NCBI GenBank assembly: GCA_964291365.2
Contig: OZ219975.1
Location: 693-64,692, forward strand
Source of the DNA: Stappiaceae bacterium
GTDB taxonomy: Bacteria; Pseudomonadota; Alphaproteobacteria; Rhizobiales; Stappiaceae
Reading direction: 5' to 3'
Length of the DNA: 64,000 bases
Made by a program: the position numbers and the translations under genes. Positions 34,041 through 50,847 of this stretch are shown here, piece after piece. The notes under the pieces are model-generated. The model made no database searches. It was given only the letters and a program-made list of their open reading frames with translations, and was not told the origin of the DNA. Each line of letters opens with the position of its first letter. Positions within the stretch are counted from its first letter, which is position 1.

Positions 34041-35385
34041 ATACTCTTGTTATAACTTATCGCACATCTTTCGTTGATGTGCTAAATTGCTCTCTATTTA
34101 GAGCAAGAAGAGGAGAACTGAAGAAGTGAGTCTGTGATGGAGAGTATGTACCACACAAATTCAAATGTCTGATTCAGTAACTTTCCTACAGTATTCATTC
34201 ATTGTCCTATTAGTAGTTAACCCATCCTAGAAAGACTGAGAGTGGTACCTTCAAGTTTCTCACTGTACACAGTGGAATGCCTCTATATTGTATAGTCTGT
34301 AATAAGGACACCTCGTTTAATTGGGTCATTATGATGGCCAAAAATGAGTACAGGTTCTGTAATCCAGACACCTTAAATGGTTGCAACGGTGTCCAGACTA
34401 GAGGTGTTCCACTATGACAGGAATTGAAATTCTCTTTTGCCAAATCATGTGTCGATTTTTGTTGCAGCTGCAAGTAAGGATCAAAGAGAAGTGGAATCAA
34501 CACATTCCCAGTGTCCCTGGTGGTAGGAAATTCAGTATGAGATTTCCAAATTCTACCAAGATTGAGTGTACCATTGATAAGGCTACTCCTAAGTTACATG
34601 TACTACAATTAGTGTTAAGTGTGGGCTAACCTTTTTTTATCGTGATGCCATAATTGTGTAAACAGGTCTTGTATGTGATTGCGTTCACAGGAAAATGACT
34701 CCATGTGGACGGATTCACGCGGTCTACCGTATTGATGAAAGAAGCGGGCGCTACACTGCCTGGAGACGGCGTACCTGTAACACGGACTCTGTCAGTATTC
34801 CGTGTAAGATACGCACGGTGCATGCGGACTCCGTTGCTTGCACTATGCTTGCACGGTTACAACATTCGGTATCCGTCCTCTCGGCTTGCGCTACACGGAC
34901 ACAGTACAGAGCCGCGCACGAGACTCCACCCCATGCGCCCTGAATATTGAATCGCGAATACATATACGCGTACGCGAATTGAAAGCGATCGCGCGCGCTG
35001 CGCCGCGCAGATAGCTCTAATAGAAGAGGTGTGGTTACAATAATTAAAGTTCAGATCAGGGCGCCAGCAATACAGACTCATTGCTCAGCGATCAAAAATA
35101 TTCAGTGAGCATTGCTCTTGGCGTGTGAGCAAATCCATGTTTAGTCGCCACCGCGTGATACCTTCTACAACAAGAAATGGCAAGAAAGGTCGAGAGAACA
35201 AGCGATGAGCAGTTCTATAGTCAGAATTCGGACTTCACAGCCCAGGCTCGACCACGATCCATCGCACAGCTTGCCTTTTGAAAGATGCAGGTATGATCCT
35301 AAAAACTCTTTATTGATATGTGAATTATGAAATAGCTCATTGAGTGCCAAAATTATGAACCATAGCATGCACACACGCGCGTGTA

Positions 35386-35443
<58 letters not shown>

Positions 35444-35986
35444 TCAGATCGGTTAGTGAGTCTGACAGTTCGGAGTGATGAGATCATGATGATGTCAAGT
35501 CAAGAGTTTGTAGACCATTAGGTATACACTCACTAGAGCTAAATGCATGTATCAGCATGCCATGCATATACCGAGGCTACGCATGCATGTGTATTTAGCC
35601 AGTATTTGTATCTCTTTATAGAAAGACTACCCCAAACTGTGGATACTGACTTCCATTTCAGTGGCCAGCGCCCTCATAGTTGGCGTCCACACCTACGACT
35701 GATTATAAGTTAAGTGATGCATGTATATACATTGTGAACAATAGAAGCTTTAAGCTTTATATGTGTAGGCTTGGTTGTTAATTCCTGTAACTTACACGTA
35801 AGTGCAAACAACCCTGATGACACTGTGTACATTATTGTATTGCACCTGGTAGGCTATAGCTAACACCAAGGTTTAATTATTAAGCTGATAAGCTTTATCT
35901 ATGAATTAAGTCCTGCCACATGTGAATAGAGTGTCCTATACCATTTCTACTACTTTCCCATGCCCAATGACTCACTTGTCCATAAT

Positions 35987-36231
35987 GTGTGTGTGTATGT
36001 ACATGTGAAACTTCGGCTTGTTGTGTGTTAGAGTGAGCAATTCAAATGTACCGAGCATTTAGGACTAGCCTGCTGTTAAGATGGCACATCTTTCAACAGT
36101 AAGACTCAGCCAAGATGGCACATCTTTAAGCTGAATGAGCATAACAGTGTGTGAGTAATGTGCGTGTGTACATGTGTGAAACTTCAGCTAGTTGTGTATC
36201 AGAGCGAGCGATTGGAATGTACCGAGCATTT
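35987..36231 (+). repeat. 169-bp satellite (about 1.5 monomers, left of the nested insertion)
   Basis: Same monomer family. Confidence 0.9.
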
Positions 36232-38395
<2,164 letters not shown>

Positions 38396-40540
38396 ATTTA
38401 GGACTAGCCTGCTGTTAAGATGGCACATCTTTCAACAGTAAGACTCAGCTAAGATGGCACATCTTTAAGCTGAATGAGCATAAGAGTGTGTGAGTAATGT
38501 GCGTGTGTAACTGTGTGAAACTTCAGCTTGTTGTGTATCAGAGCGAGCGATTGGAATGTACCGAGCATTTAGGACTAGCCTGCTGTTAAGATGGCACATC
38601 TTTCAACAGTAAGACTCAGCAAAGATGGCACATCTTTAAGCTGAAAGGGCATAAGAGTGTGTGAGTAATGTGCGTGCATACATGTGAAACTTCAGCTTGT
38701 TGTGTATAAGAGTGAGCGATTGGAATGTACCGAGCATTTAGGTCTAGCCTGCGGTTAAGATGGCACATCTTTCAACAGTAAGACTCAGTTAAGATGGCAC
38801 ATCTTTAAGCTGAATGAGCATAAGAGTGTGTGAGTAATGTACGTGCGTACATGTGAAACTTCAGCTTGTTGTGTATCAGAGCGAGCGATTGGAATGTACC
38901 GAGCATTTAGGACTAGCCTGCTGTTAAGATGGCACATCTTTCAACAGTAAGACTCAGCTAAGATGGCACATCTTTAAGCTGAATGAGCATAAGAGTGTGT
39001 GAGTAATGTACGTGCGTACATGTGAAACTTCAGCTTGTTGTGTATCAGAGAGAGCAATTGGAATGTACAGAGCATTTAGGACTAGCCTGCTGTTAAGATG
39101 GCACATCTTTCAACAGTAAGACTCAGTTAAGATGGCACATCTTTAAGCTGAATGAGCATAAGAGTGTGTGAGTAATGTACGTGCGTACATGTGAAACTTC
39201 AGCTTGTTGTGTATCAGAGCGAGCGATTGGAATGTACCGAGCATTTAGGACTAGCCTGCTGTTAAGATGGCACATCTTTCAACAGTAAGACTCAGCTAAG
39301 ATGGCACATCTTTAAGCTGAATGAGCATAAGAGTGTGTGAGTAATGTACGTGCGTACATGTGAAACTTCAGCTTGTTGTGTATCAGAGAGAGCAATTGGA
39401 ATGTACAGAGCATTTAGGACTAGCCTGCTGTTAAGATGGCACATCTTTCAACAGTAAGACTCAGTTAAGATGGCACATCTTTAAGCTGAATGAGCATAAG
39501 AGTGTGTGAGTAATGTACGTGGAATGTACCGAGCATTTAGGACTAGCCTGCTGTTAAGATGGCACATCTTTCAACAGTAAGACTCGGCTAAGATGGCACA
39601 TCTTTAAGCTGAAAGGGCATACATGTAAGAGTGTGTGAGTAACGTGCGTGCATATCAGAGCGAGCGATTGGAATGTACCGAGCATTTAGGACTAGCCTGC
39701 TGTTAAGATGGCACATCTTTCAACAGTAAGACTCAGCTAAGATGGCACATCTTTAAGCTGAATGAGCATAAGAGTGTGTGAGTAATGTACGTGGAATGTA
39801 CCGAGCATTTAGGACTAGCCTGCTGTTAAGATGGCACATCTTTCAACAGTCAGACTCAGCTAAGATGGCACATCGTTAAGCTGAATGAGCATAAGAGTGT
39901 GTGAGTAATGTACATGGAATGTACCGAGCATTTAGGACTAGCCTGCTCTTAAGATGGCACATCTTTCAACAGTAAGACTCAGCTAAGATGGCACATCTTT
40001 AAGCTGAATGAGCATAAGAGTGTGTGAGTAGTGTACGTGCGTACATGTGAAACTTCAGCTTGTTGTGTATCAGAGCGAGCAATTGGAATGTACAGAGCAT
40101 TTAGGACTAGCCTGCTGTTAAGATGGCACATCTTTCAACAGTAAGACTCAGCTAAGATGGCACATCTTTAAGCTGAATGAGCATAAGAGTGTGTGTGTAA
40201 TGTACATGGAATTTACTGAGCATTTAGGACTAGCCTGCTGTTAAGATGGCACATCTTTCAACCGTAAGACTCAGCTAAGATGGCACATCTTTAAGCTGAA
40301 TGAGCATAAGAGTGTGTGAGTAATGTACGTGCATACACGTGAAACTTCAGCTTGTTGTGTATCGGAGCGAGCGATTGGAATGTACCAAGTATTTAGAACT
40401 AGCCTGCTGTTAAGATGGCACATCTTTAAGCTGAAAGGGTATGAGAGTGTGTGAGCAATAGGCTCATGTACATGTGAAACTTCACTTGTTGTGCGTCAGA
40501 GTGAGCAATTGAGATGTACATGTACCAAGCATTTAGGTGA
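38396..40540 (+). repeat. 169-bp satellite array (about 12 monomers, very homogeneous, with short-variant monomers)
   Basis: Same monomer family. Adjacent monomers are near-identical at 38400-39500. 46-bp-deleted variants lie at about 39519, 39790, 39911 and 40205. Confidence 0.95.
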
Positions 40541-41458
40541 CTATCCTACAGTTTAGTGGGCACTATGGGGAAATATTTGGAACACAGTCCTCTTTACCGC
40601 AAGTATCTAACATTGATGAATGTCCATCTCATTGTATAAAGACTTGGTATGTAGGTTGTTATATGCATCAATTATTATTTGTAATACTATTTATTATAGA
40701 GGCAGTTCATGGCTACTATGAATGTCGTTGGAGGTAGAGAGCGCTGAAAAAGTGCTGAAGAGGAAAAGAAAAAGCAGGAAGCATTCAAGTTTTAGCTGTG
40801 ATTGACTAACTACACCAACTGAGTGGATGTATCTACTCTCTTTATCAATTATTATTATTATGCTATTAATAATTATTATCATTATTGTAATTTTAATGCA
40901 AATTTATACGCATGCGCTATATGATATGATTCGGACGGGATAGAACTGACTGGAACGGGATCGTCAGACGGAGTTGATACGTACAAGTAGACGGAGGCGG
41001 TCCATGCGTTCCGATCGGACCGACGGATCATTGAGACGGAGTCACACGACGGACAATACTGGATAAAACGGAGTATCTAGACAGACTCAGCACGGATCTG
41101 ATAGCGGACTCAGTGAAATAGTCCGTAAAAAGTGGTCCCAATACGGGCGACAACGGTACTCGTTATCCTGGACATCGGAGATTCCGTTCCAAGCTCGTCT
41201 ATACGCGAACGCGGACCTCGTTCTCCCTGTATACGTGCACAGTTCACGCGGCTACGTTTTCCTGTGTTAGCATTTGGAAGCCGTGGAAAGCCATTTAATC
41301 TCTGCAGTATTATGCCTAGGCAACTAATTCCCCGTGGTGGTACCTTTTCAGGAGATGATCCACTTGCATTGGTTGTAGAAGAATCAGAAGATGCTCCTGA
41401 TCCCTGTGACTATCTTGATGCACCCACGGTATATGTTCAACAGCTTGAGTGTTCATGA

Positions 41459-42327
<869 letters not shown>

Positions 42328-43723
42328 TAGGGTGTCCAACACAGAAATAAAGTTTCGTTAATCGCTTTTTTCAATATCAGGGCACGTATATCTTACTGAA
42401 AGTCGGCTTTGTCCGGCATAAAACCCAAGTTACCGCCTTTCCTTATGGGGGTTTTCGCGGCGCGAAGTTTCAGATCGAGAGCAGTGACTACGGGGTTAAA
42501 ATTTTTATGACGTCAAGTTAACCCCTTTTGCTCGGTATTTTGCAAAAGTAAGTGACTATGGTTGAAGTTTACTAGCAAGGAGCGTGGAGTGCTGAGCTGA
42601 TTGTTTCTGGGTTCTAGGAGCTGCCAAAATGTGAGCTAGTAGAGTTTTACATGACATCTGTATCAGATTTTATTACACTGACCAGTGATCAATTGACAAG
42701 ATGCTTCCCTCAGGGTGTTGGTACATAGTATGGGGCCTGTACATTCTGTAGACAAAGTCAACTTCACTTAAACAGTTGCTTGCCATCTGGAAAACCCCAA
42801 AATTTCTAGCGGCTAATGTGTCACTCCCCACATAAGTTTATGACTGAAGCCATAAAAATGCTTATTGAAGCACTCAAATGAAACGTCAGGCAATCCTGAG
42901 TGTTTTGGTAAAAGTTTCGTCTTGATAGCTCATACGGTTCAAAAGTTATAAAGCAATAAAGATTCTAAGTTCTAGTAAATTTTTAACCTAATCTATGTTG
43001 CTATTAGCAAGCACAGCAATGCTTTTATTAAAGTTGCAATTCAACTTTGAGCCATAACTTCAGTTAGGAACGAGATATGAACACGAAACTTGCACCAAAA
43101 TTATTCCAAAAGAGTATGCTATTATGGTGGCGAGCAAAAATGATCAAGTTTGTAAGGTTTTCCACATAATATTGTATACTAGACATACATCACATGGAAA
43201 CACAACACAATTGGACAATATTATAGAAAACGATTTTACCCAGATGGTAAAACAATCTCAAATCGAACTTCTCTTGGTCTGCAGATAGCATAGGCCTGGT
43301 ACAATGTACCAACATCCTGAGGGAAGCATCTTGTCAATTAACCACTGGTCAATGTAATGATATCTGATACAGATGTCATTTAAAACTCTACTAGTTCACA
43401 CTTTTGCGGCTCCTAGAACCCAGAAACAGTCAGCTCAGCACCCCACGCTCCTTGCCAATAAACTTCAACCATAGTCACTTGCTTTTGCAAAATATAGAGC
43501 AAAAGGGGTTAAGTTGACGTCATAAAATATTAACTCCGTAGATTATACGCAAGTTGCGTGCATGCGCGAAGTTGCGGTCCGAGTTTTCAAGCTGCAATTG
43601 TGCAACAACAACGAGGTATTTCAGCGTGAAATTTTTCATGAGCATTTATTTCAAGTTGCTTTATGTTGACAATCACTCAAAAGACCTATTGGCGGAGATC
43701 AATTTTTTGGTGTGGAGACCCTA
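42328..43723. mobile_element. hAT-like non-autonomous element with long internal inverted repeats
   Basis: The termini TAGGGTGTCCAACAC and GGTGTGGAGACCCTA fit the hAT YARNG start. The direct repeat ACTATTA (7 bp, or 8 bp counting a preceding A) lies at 42321-42327 and 43724-43730. Internal inverted repeats of about 250 bp lie at about 42490-42735 and 43305-43550. Confidence 0.65.
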
Positions 43724-43730
43724 ACTATTA

Positions 43731-44639
43731 GCGATGGTTTCGTTTTGCCTATTCGATAAAGCTCAAACAACATTCAAAATCTAGGCAATGGCCCGTTGCA
43801 CCTCTGCTAATATAGTCAGCTAACACTCTGATTGATCTCCCTGATCTTTGGGGTAAATACATTCAGTCTACGACGCATGAGCTGTTCTGTATGGATCGTC
43901 GATGGACAACTAACCATTGACACCCTATACAGAACTGCATGTGCGCCTTCGGCTCTTATATCCATTTTCGCTCTCTTTGGCGATCTATCTTCAGGAATTA
44001 TGGTTGTATCTTAGAACGATAAGGTCAGTCGCTCAATGTAAGCCCTCTTTTGGTGGATGGTTCTTTAGGCTTTTTAGCTATCGTAACGTTTTGGCTATTC
44101 GATGAAGCTCAAACAAAATTTAAAATCTAGGGAATGGCCATAGCCCGTTGCACCTCTGCTAATATAGTCAACGAACTCGCTGATTGATTTCACTGATCGT
44201 TGGGCTAAGTATCTTCAGTCTACAGCGCATGCGCTGTTCTGCAGGGATCGTCGATGGATAATCAATAATCGACGACCTCAACCAAACTGCGCAAGCTCCT
44301 TATGCTCTTATATCCATTTTCGCTCGCTTTGGCCATCTACCATCGAGAATTATGGTTAATTCAGGGAATGGCCATAGCCCGTTGCTCCCCTGCTAATATA
44401 TATACATATAATAATATCCCTGATTTTTGGACTAGGTGTCTTCAGTCAACAGCGCATGCAGCTATTCTGTAGGGATCGTCGATGGACAACTAACCATTGA
44501 CTACCTATACTGAACTGCGCGTGCGCCTTCGACTCATATCCTCCATCGCTCCTTTGGCGATCGATCATCGAGGATTATGGTTGTATCTTGGAGAAGTAAG
44601 GGAGCCCTTTTTGGGGGAGGGTGGTTCGTAAGCCTATTT
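43731..44639 (+). repeat. Satellite 2, about 2.5 units
   Basis: Same unit family. Confidence 0.9.
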
Positions 44640-45993
44640 TTAAATATCATTCTGCATGATTATAAAAATGCAGGGATGCACAAAAATAGCATGATAATGC
44701 TAATAAGTAATATGTACATCCAGAAGATGAAAGGACTACGTAAGTTATTAAAATGAATAATGAATACAGTGACAATATTTGTATTAACTACAGCAATGCA
44801 ATGTTATTTTAAACACGATTCTTAAAGGTAGAGAAGGGTGAGGACACAACATCACTACTTAAGTTATTCCATAAATTTGGAAAAGAAAAAAGAGTTTAAG
44901 TATTGTGCAGTGTGACCACTTAGACTGCTTAGCTGTTTAGAATGGGTGTAGCGAGTGGTGTAAACGCAAGGCCGTGGAAATAGGGGCACCAGTACGGGAG
45001 CATTGGTTCCAACAAGTTTGTGCATAAAACACAGTTTGAGCGCCTTCCTTCTTTGCTCGAGCTTTGGGATATTTAAAGTGTCCAGCATTTCGTCATATGT
45101 TGTGTTCCAACTCTTTAGACACACCTTGCAGGCAAACCTCTGAACGTCTTCCAACAACTTGCAGTCCTTGACAAGGTATAAATACCAGACTTGGTTTGCA
45201 TACTTTAGATGTGGCCTTATGAGCGTCAAATAGAGTGCTCGAATAGTAGATGTATCGGCACAGTTGTAGAATTGTCGGAACAACAGACCTCCTTGCTTTT
45301 TTGCTGGTGTGATCAGACCAGGATAGGTTGTCGTTGATTGTTAAGCCAAGATACTTGATAGAGTCGACTTGCTCTATTTCAAAACCGAGCAAATTTAGAG
45401 GTGGTGGTGTAGTTCTTACTTTCTTTCGGGAAAGCACCATGAATTTACACTTCACTGGACTGAATGACGGACGATTAAGAAGACTCCATACACCAAGAGA
45501 GTCCACATCTTGCTGAAGTACGGCGTAGTCTTTCTCGGTATAAATTCTTCTATACAAAAGTATATCGTCAGCATATAAGATTAGCTTTGTACCCGAAGTT
45601 CTGATAAGGCCACATCGTTAACATCATTTACATAAAGCAAGAACAGCAGTGGACCAAGCACTGATCCCTGAGGTACGCCGGATGTTACAGGGAGCAGGTC
45701 AGATGTTTCACCATGTAGGACCACTGACTGGTTTCTATAAGCGAGAGAGCTTGTGATCCAGGAAACCAGGTAGTCGTCCAAGCCAATAGCTCTGAGTTTC
45801 GAAATTAGCTGCCTATGAGGCACAGAATCAAAGGCTTTAGTGAGGTCAAAGAATACGGCCCCCATTTCATGGCCATCTTCCATACTGCTGAGCCAATCAT
45901 GCGCAGCAGAAAGCATGGCATGAGTGGTCGATCTCCCTGGTAGGAAGCCCCACTGGTTAGCCGCAAGTGGATATGACGAGTCAAGAAATGTTG
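44640..45993 (-). mobile_element. 5'-truncated non-LTR retrotransposon (LINE, CR1/jockey-like RT), degenerate
   Basis: Minus-strand ORF 45581-45916 reads ..AVFFDLTKAFDSVPH..GVPQGSVLGPLLF.. The junction at 45551-45580 encodes LYADDILLY (the YADD box). ORFs 45093-45557 and 44864-45283 read ..LIRPHLKYANQVW..LEDVQRFA.. These parts lie in three different frames. There are no N-terminal RT blocks or endonuclease. It interrupts satellite 2, with [C/T]TATTT at both junctions (44634-44639 and 45994-45999). Confidence 0.85.
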
Positions 45994-46683
45994 TTATTTG
46001 GCGATCGTAACGTTTTGGCTATACAAGTTCATTTTGAAGTTCAAACATAGCATTCAAAATATAGGGAGTTGTCAAAGCCTGTTCCACCTCTGCTTATATA
46101 GTCAACCAATCGCTGATTGATTTCTCTGGCCTCTGGGCTACGCGTGGCTATAGCCTGTCCCACCACTGCTAATATAGCCAGGCAAATCGCTGATTGACTT
46201 CCCAAGCCTCTGGGCTAAAGGTCTAAGTCGACGATCCCTACAGAACTGGCGCATGCGCCTTAAGTCTTATATCATTCTCGCTCGCTTTGGCAATGCATCA
46301 TCGAAAATTAAGGCTGTATCTTGGAGAGTTAAGATCAGACGCTGAATGTGAGCTATTTTTGTGGGCTATTTAGTGTTCTCAACCAAATTATGTAATCGTA
46401 TAGCATTCAAAAACGGCCATAGCCTTTCCCATCACTGCTAATATAGCCAGCCAACTAGCTGATTGATTCCCCAAGCCTCTAGGCTGAAGGTCTCCAGTTT
46501 ATGGCGCATACAATGTAGGGATCGTCGATAGACAACCAAGAGAAAAACCGTTGCGACGACCACTAAGGAAGTGCGCATGCGCCTGGCCTTCTTAGATCCA
46601 TTCTCGCTCGCTCTGGCAGTCCACCATTGAGAATTATGGCTCTATCTTGGAGAGTTGAATTCAGTCGTTCAATGTGAGTCCTT
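45994..46683 (+). repeat. Satellite 2, about 2 units, including a rearranged unit
   Basis: Same unit family. The unit at 46140-46330 has an inverted and deleted segment next to the palindrome (see findings). Confidence 0.85.
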
Positions 46684-47356
46684 CTCAGCACACTTAAGGA
46701 CTGTCTCAAGTGGAAAAAGTTACAATTTTCACTCAGTTTCATGAGCTATTAATACCACCTAGCAAGATAGTGAGATAGTGAGAGGCTCTTCAAGGTACCA
46801 TATGAAAGGCCAATCCAAGTGCCTTCTAGCTATGAAAAAATGAACCGCAGTCAATTAACCAATTAGGCGTTACAGCGACATTCAGCCACGCCCTCTAAAA
46901 CGCTAAATCGAGCTATCCGGAATTTAAACGGCCACTTTTATCGAACCTTAGCTACACGAATGGAAGCTCACTATGATGATCTAGAATATCATCGGACGGA
47001 TTGTCGAAAAACCTACCTGTTAAGATTTTATTCGCAGAAAACCTGATTTTGGGCGTGTCCACGGCACGATCTTCTGCATGTAACTCCGAATCGAAAGCAG
47101 CTATCCACAATCCGTCCGATAGATCGTCAACATCGACCGTCAGCTTTAGTTTTTCACCATTAGTGCTGCGAATTTATGAGCGCTTAAATTCCGGACGGCA
47201 TTTGCTTGACAAAATGGGCTCAAAACTGCGACTGTGCGGCTTTTTACCGTGGCTTGTATAGGCCTTGCATGATAATGACGTCACGGTACAAGCCACTAAT
47301 TGGCTCGCAGACGGGCGCGCGCCAAGGCTTATGAGACATGCCTTAACTGCATTGAG
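46684..47356. mobile_element. MITE A (673 bp), copy-2-specific insertion
   Basis: It is absent at the homologous T-run in copy 1 (about 238-249). The imperfect TIRs are CTCAGCACACTTAAGGACTGTCTCAAG and CTTATGAGACATGCCTTAACTGCATTGAG. The TSD is not resolvable because the target is T-rich. Confidence 0.75.
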
Positions 47357-47760
47357 TTTCTTTGATGTTCATCAGCGTTCAAAACGTTCGCTACGTTTTG
47401 GTTATGCGAGATAGTTTTGATGCTCAAACAACATTCAAAATCTGGGGAGTGGACATAGCCTGTCCCACCATTGCTAATATAACCAGCCAAATCGCTGATA
47501 GATATCTCAGACCCCTTGGATAAAGGTCTCGAGTCTAAAGCGCATGCGCCGTGTTCGTTAGGGATCATCGACGGACAACTAACCGCAGTACGGCGGTTTT
47601 TGTATTGGCTGTCCATCGACCACTCCTACCAACCTTCCTCGAGCTCTTAGATCCAAACCTCGCTCGCTTTGGCAATCCATCATTGAGAATTATGGCTGTA
47701 TCTTGGAGAGTTAAGGCAACTCGCTCAATGTGAGCCCTCATTGGTGGTTCATTAACCTAT
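47357..47760 (+). repeat. Satellite 2, 1 unit
   Basis: It matches 247-652. Confidence 0.9.
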
Positions 47761-48427
47761 GTGACCGGATTTGAGAAAACCCTCCTTGTGGGATTTTTTG
47801 TGAAAATTGAGTTTAATGCATCTTTGATAAGCTCTACCATAGAGCTAACCCACCTGCAAGTTTTAGACTGATCGCGCGCTCCGCTTTGGAGATAGCCCGC
47901 TTTGTTTGCGATCGCGCTACAACCATAGAAAACGAGAAATTACGGTCTAAAGGCGTTGCTATGTACGCGTATAGCGTTTCCGTATACTACGCATCAACCG
48001 GAAATCAATTCATTCAACTTGGGCGGGACCGTCTGAAAGGAGCGCAAAGGTCGAGCTAGTCGCGAACTTCGTCGTCGATAACGATGACCGCTTCTTCTTC
48101 GATGCCTAAGAAGCTTAAAAGGTGAGTCAACGTTCAGTAGTTCGATGAATCTAGCTGTATCTAGATAATTATCGCCCTTAGCAACGGACTCCGTAAACGG
48201 CAGCTGCATAGACTAGGTAGATAGAGGAGCCTGTGAATAAAGGCTTATTTCGCCTTGGTAACTTACGACTAGGCTCCGTAGGCGACGGTTACAGTTACAA
48301 GAAAGGTTCTTTGACATGGATATGGCAAAATCTGAACTTTGACAGTTTTTGACCAGAGCTACTAAAAACGCGCATTGCGCGAATAGCGCGCAGATCCCAT
48401 ACGGAGGGTTTTCTCAAATCCGGTCTC
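47761..48427. mobile_element. MITE B (667 bp), copy-2-specific insertion
   Basis: The TIRs are gtgaccggatttgagaaaaccctcc and ggagggttttctcaaatccggtctc. CTAT lies on both sides (47757-47760 and 48428-48431) and is single in copy 1 (649-652). Confidence 0.9.
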
Positions 48428-50178
48428 CTATTTAGTATTCAAAATCAAGAGCCAGTAGTTTAGTTTGAACATCCAATTTTGTTGAACTGTCGTTCATATG
48501 CTCAGGAAAGGCAAGAATTTATCAAACACTGTAAATTACTGAACGTAGATTTCCCTACCTGACCAACATTGAAGAATGGAAATTTATATCACATACAACC
48601 TATAAACATTTACTCTACTCTTTCAACAAATCCATTTCTGTAGCACCGCTTCTTTAATACCATCATTTGCCATCACTTTATCTCAATTTTTGTTCACACT
48701 TTTGCTTTTGACTATTAGGCCTCTTTTTGTCATTAAAATTAATTCGATCTCCATGTTTTGGCTATAATGAGATCGTTTTGAAGCTCTAACCTAGTATTCA
48801 AAATCTAGGGAGTGGCCATAGCCTTTCCCACAACTGGTAATATAGCCATCCGAATGAATGATTTGATGTCTCATGCTACTATTTATAGTTCTCCTACACT
48901 TGCACTGTACAGAGTGCATCCAACACGAAGCCAGCCACAATGGTGTCGAATGCAGGGAACTTGAGACCGATTGTGTGCTACTGCCACGACGTACTCCAAA
49001 TGGACACGACTGAAGCGGAGGAATATCTGGCCACTGCCTGCAAGCAGTTAGCTCGACAAACACCAAGACGCCAGTCTGGTCGGGCACAACTTGCACTCCA
49101 AAGGATGCTGCCTCTGGGAAGGGGGGCCGAGTTTGCAACAATGGAGATTGTTGATCAGCGCCACCACCCCCTACAGAGTACACGAATCACAGGAAAATGG
49201 AATGCCTGCGTTATCAGCAGTGACGGACAAGTTTCTCCGAGACTTGAAGACTACAAGACGGTAGAGACACACGGCGAACAGGTGACAGACTTGTCCAGTA
49301 ACGAGGAGTGTCGTAAACATATCATTCCTGTTATGTTGGCTTACATTGACAAGTGGTGTCCCCTTCGTGCTGGCCGTAGTCACTCCGTTATGTTTTCGTC
49401 AAGAATTGAGCAGCTAGGCTGTGTGCCGGTAGGTGTGCGTGGCACTGTAACAGAGCAACCATTTGCTCTGTACTTAATGGCGGCTACTGTAACCGAGCAA
49501 AGCATTTGTTTTAAACAGGGCACTGTAACCAAGCAACGATGCTACAAGCACACATATACGTTGGGGCATTGTTCATTCACTCCGCGAGTTTGAACGCGAT
49601 CGGTTGCTATAGCCAGTAGTTACGCGCTTGCAACCGTGACGACCTTAGGCCATTTATTGCTAACCCGGCGTGGCCCCACCCACCCGTGCAACACAATGTT
49701 CAGTACGTGCAAAAGACAGAGTCGTGAGTGGATCAAGAAAAAGAAGACCGGACCTGAGGAGGTAAGTAGCTGTAATCGTAATAATATAGTCTTAACCATC
49801 TACAATAGGTACTAGAATCGAAAACTAAGCCTGTGTTTTAGTAGCCATGAAGCTAGCTAAGTGATAGTGACTAGTTACCGAAAGTAGTGGCATGTATAGC
49901 CCTTATTTCTCCCCCTGTAAGCAGTATCTAAATTAACTCAGTCATTCTTTACTTGCGTCAGTAGGTAGCAACATCTTGGAACCATCAGATGGTCGAGTAG
50001 TCCCTATTCTCTTGGTGTGCATTAATTAGAATGATCACGAGGTATTAACTGTTGTGGACACATGGTACTTTGGCAGCAACAGCAAGATCAAAATAAAGGT
50101 AAGTACAGTAGGTAGTGATGTGAAATGATGTTCAATAGCATAAGATATGACCAGCAAGTTAAAAATGACTTGCTAACA

Positions 50179-50847
50179 CCTAGGACATCCTGCTTTTGTT
50201 GTGTGACCTTCAGCCCATCTTGTTCATTTTTTGTGTCCCAATCCATCGCAGCCTTTTGTTGAGCACTTGCTCTGTTTTTTCTTTCTCTGTCCAGCAGTTG
50301 TACTTGCAGATGAGGATGAAGATGTTTGAGCAGAAGTTTGTGCTGTCGAGGAGGTAGATGACACAACAGTGGGTGGTGGCAAGTAATCTGGACGGCGATC
50401 GTGAGAAATAAAACGCTCATACATGGTAAACTTGTTGGCCATTTTATCAGCCGAAATACTGTGAAGGTGGCTATCACTGTCGTTGGTGGTTGGGACTCCA
50501 ACTGCAGTGCTGACTCGGACACGAAGTGAGGAATCCTTCCACTCACCAGCAAAGCAATTCTCATGCACCTTCATCACCACATTTCCATTGTGTGCCTTCA
50601 CTACGCACACCGGGAAGGTCTGAGTACTTGTCTCCAAGACTGTCTCGCCAGGTGAGAACTTGCTGTCCGTCAGATAGCTTTCAGCTCATGAATGGAGAAC
50701 ACGTCTTCTCTTATAGACACTTCCAATCACTGAAAAGAGACGGTCTGGGGCAAACTTTGTGTGTCCAGCTACCATGAAGCTGATATGGATGTGGTCGATC
50801 TCTCCAGAACTCACCATCTCCATGGCCCAAGAGAATAAGTATTTATT
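50179..50847 (-). pseudogene. Family-B transposase remnant, C-terminal part (copy 2)
   Basis: It is the duplicate of 2390-3058 at offset 47789 and has the same in-frame stops. Confidence 0.75.

Noticed and set aside
34686-34697. RSS/Transib-like heptamer (CACAGGA versus CACAGTG) at the termini of the satellite-carrying elements
   Set aside because: The TSD is 3 bp at two independently verified sites, not the 5 bp of Transib/ProtoRAG. No nonamer-like element is present. The subterminal repeat arms fit CACTA/CMC-type elements better.
41132-41458. 108-aa ORF spanning the right end of the 34686-41266 element
   Set aside because: It reads across the transposon TIR (41255-41266) into unrelated flank. 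The first half is the ACGG-rich subterminal arm, which is repeated at 9208-9405 and 59065-59268 with different continuations.
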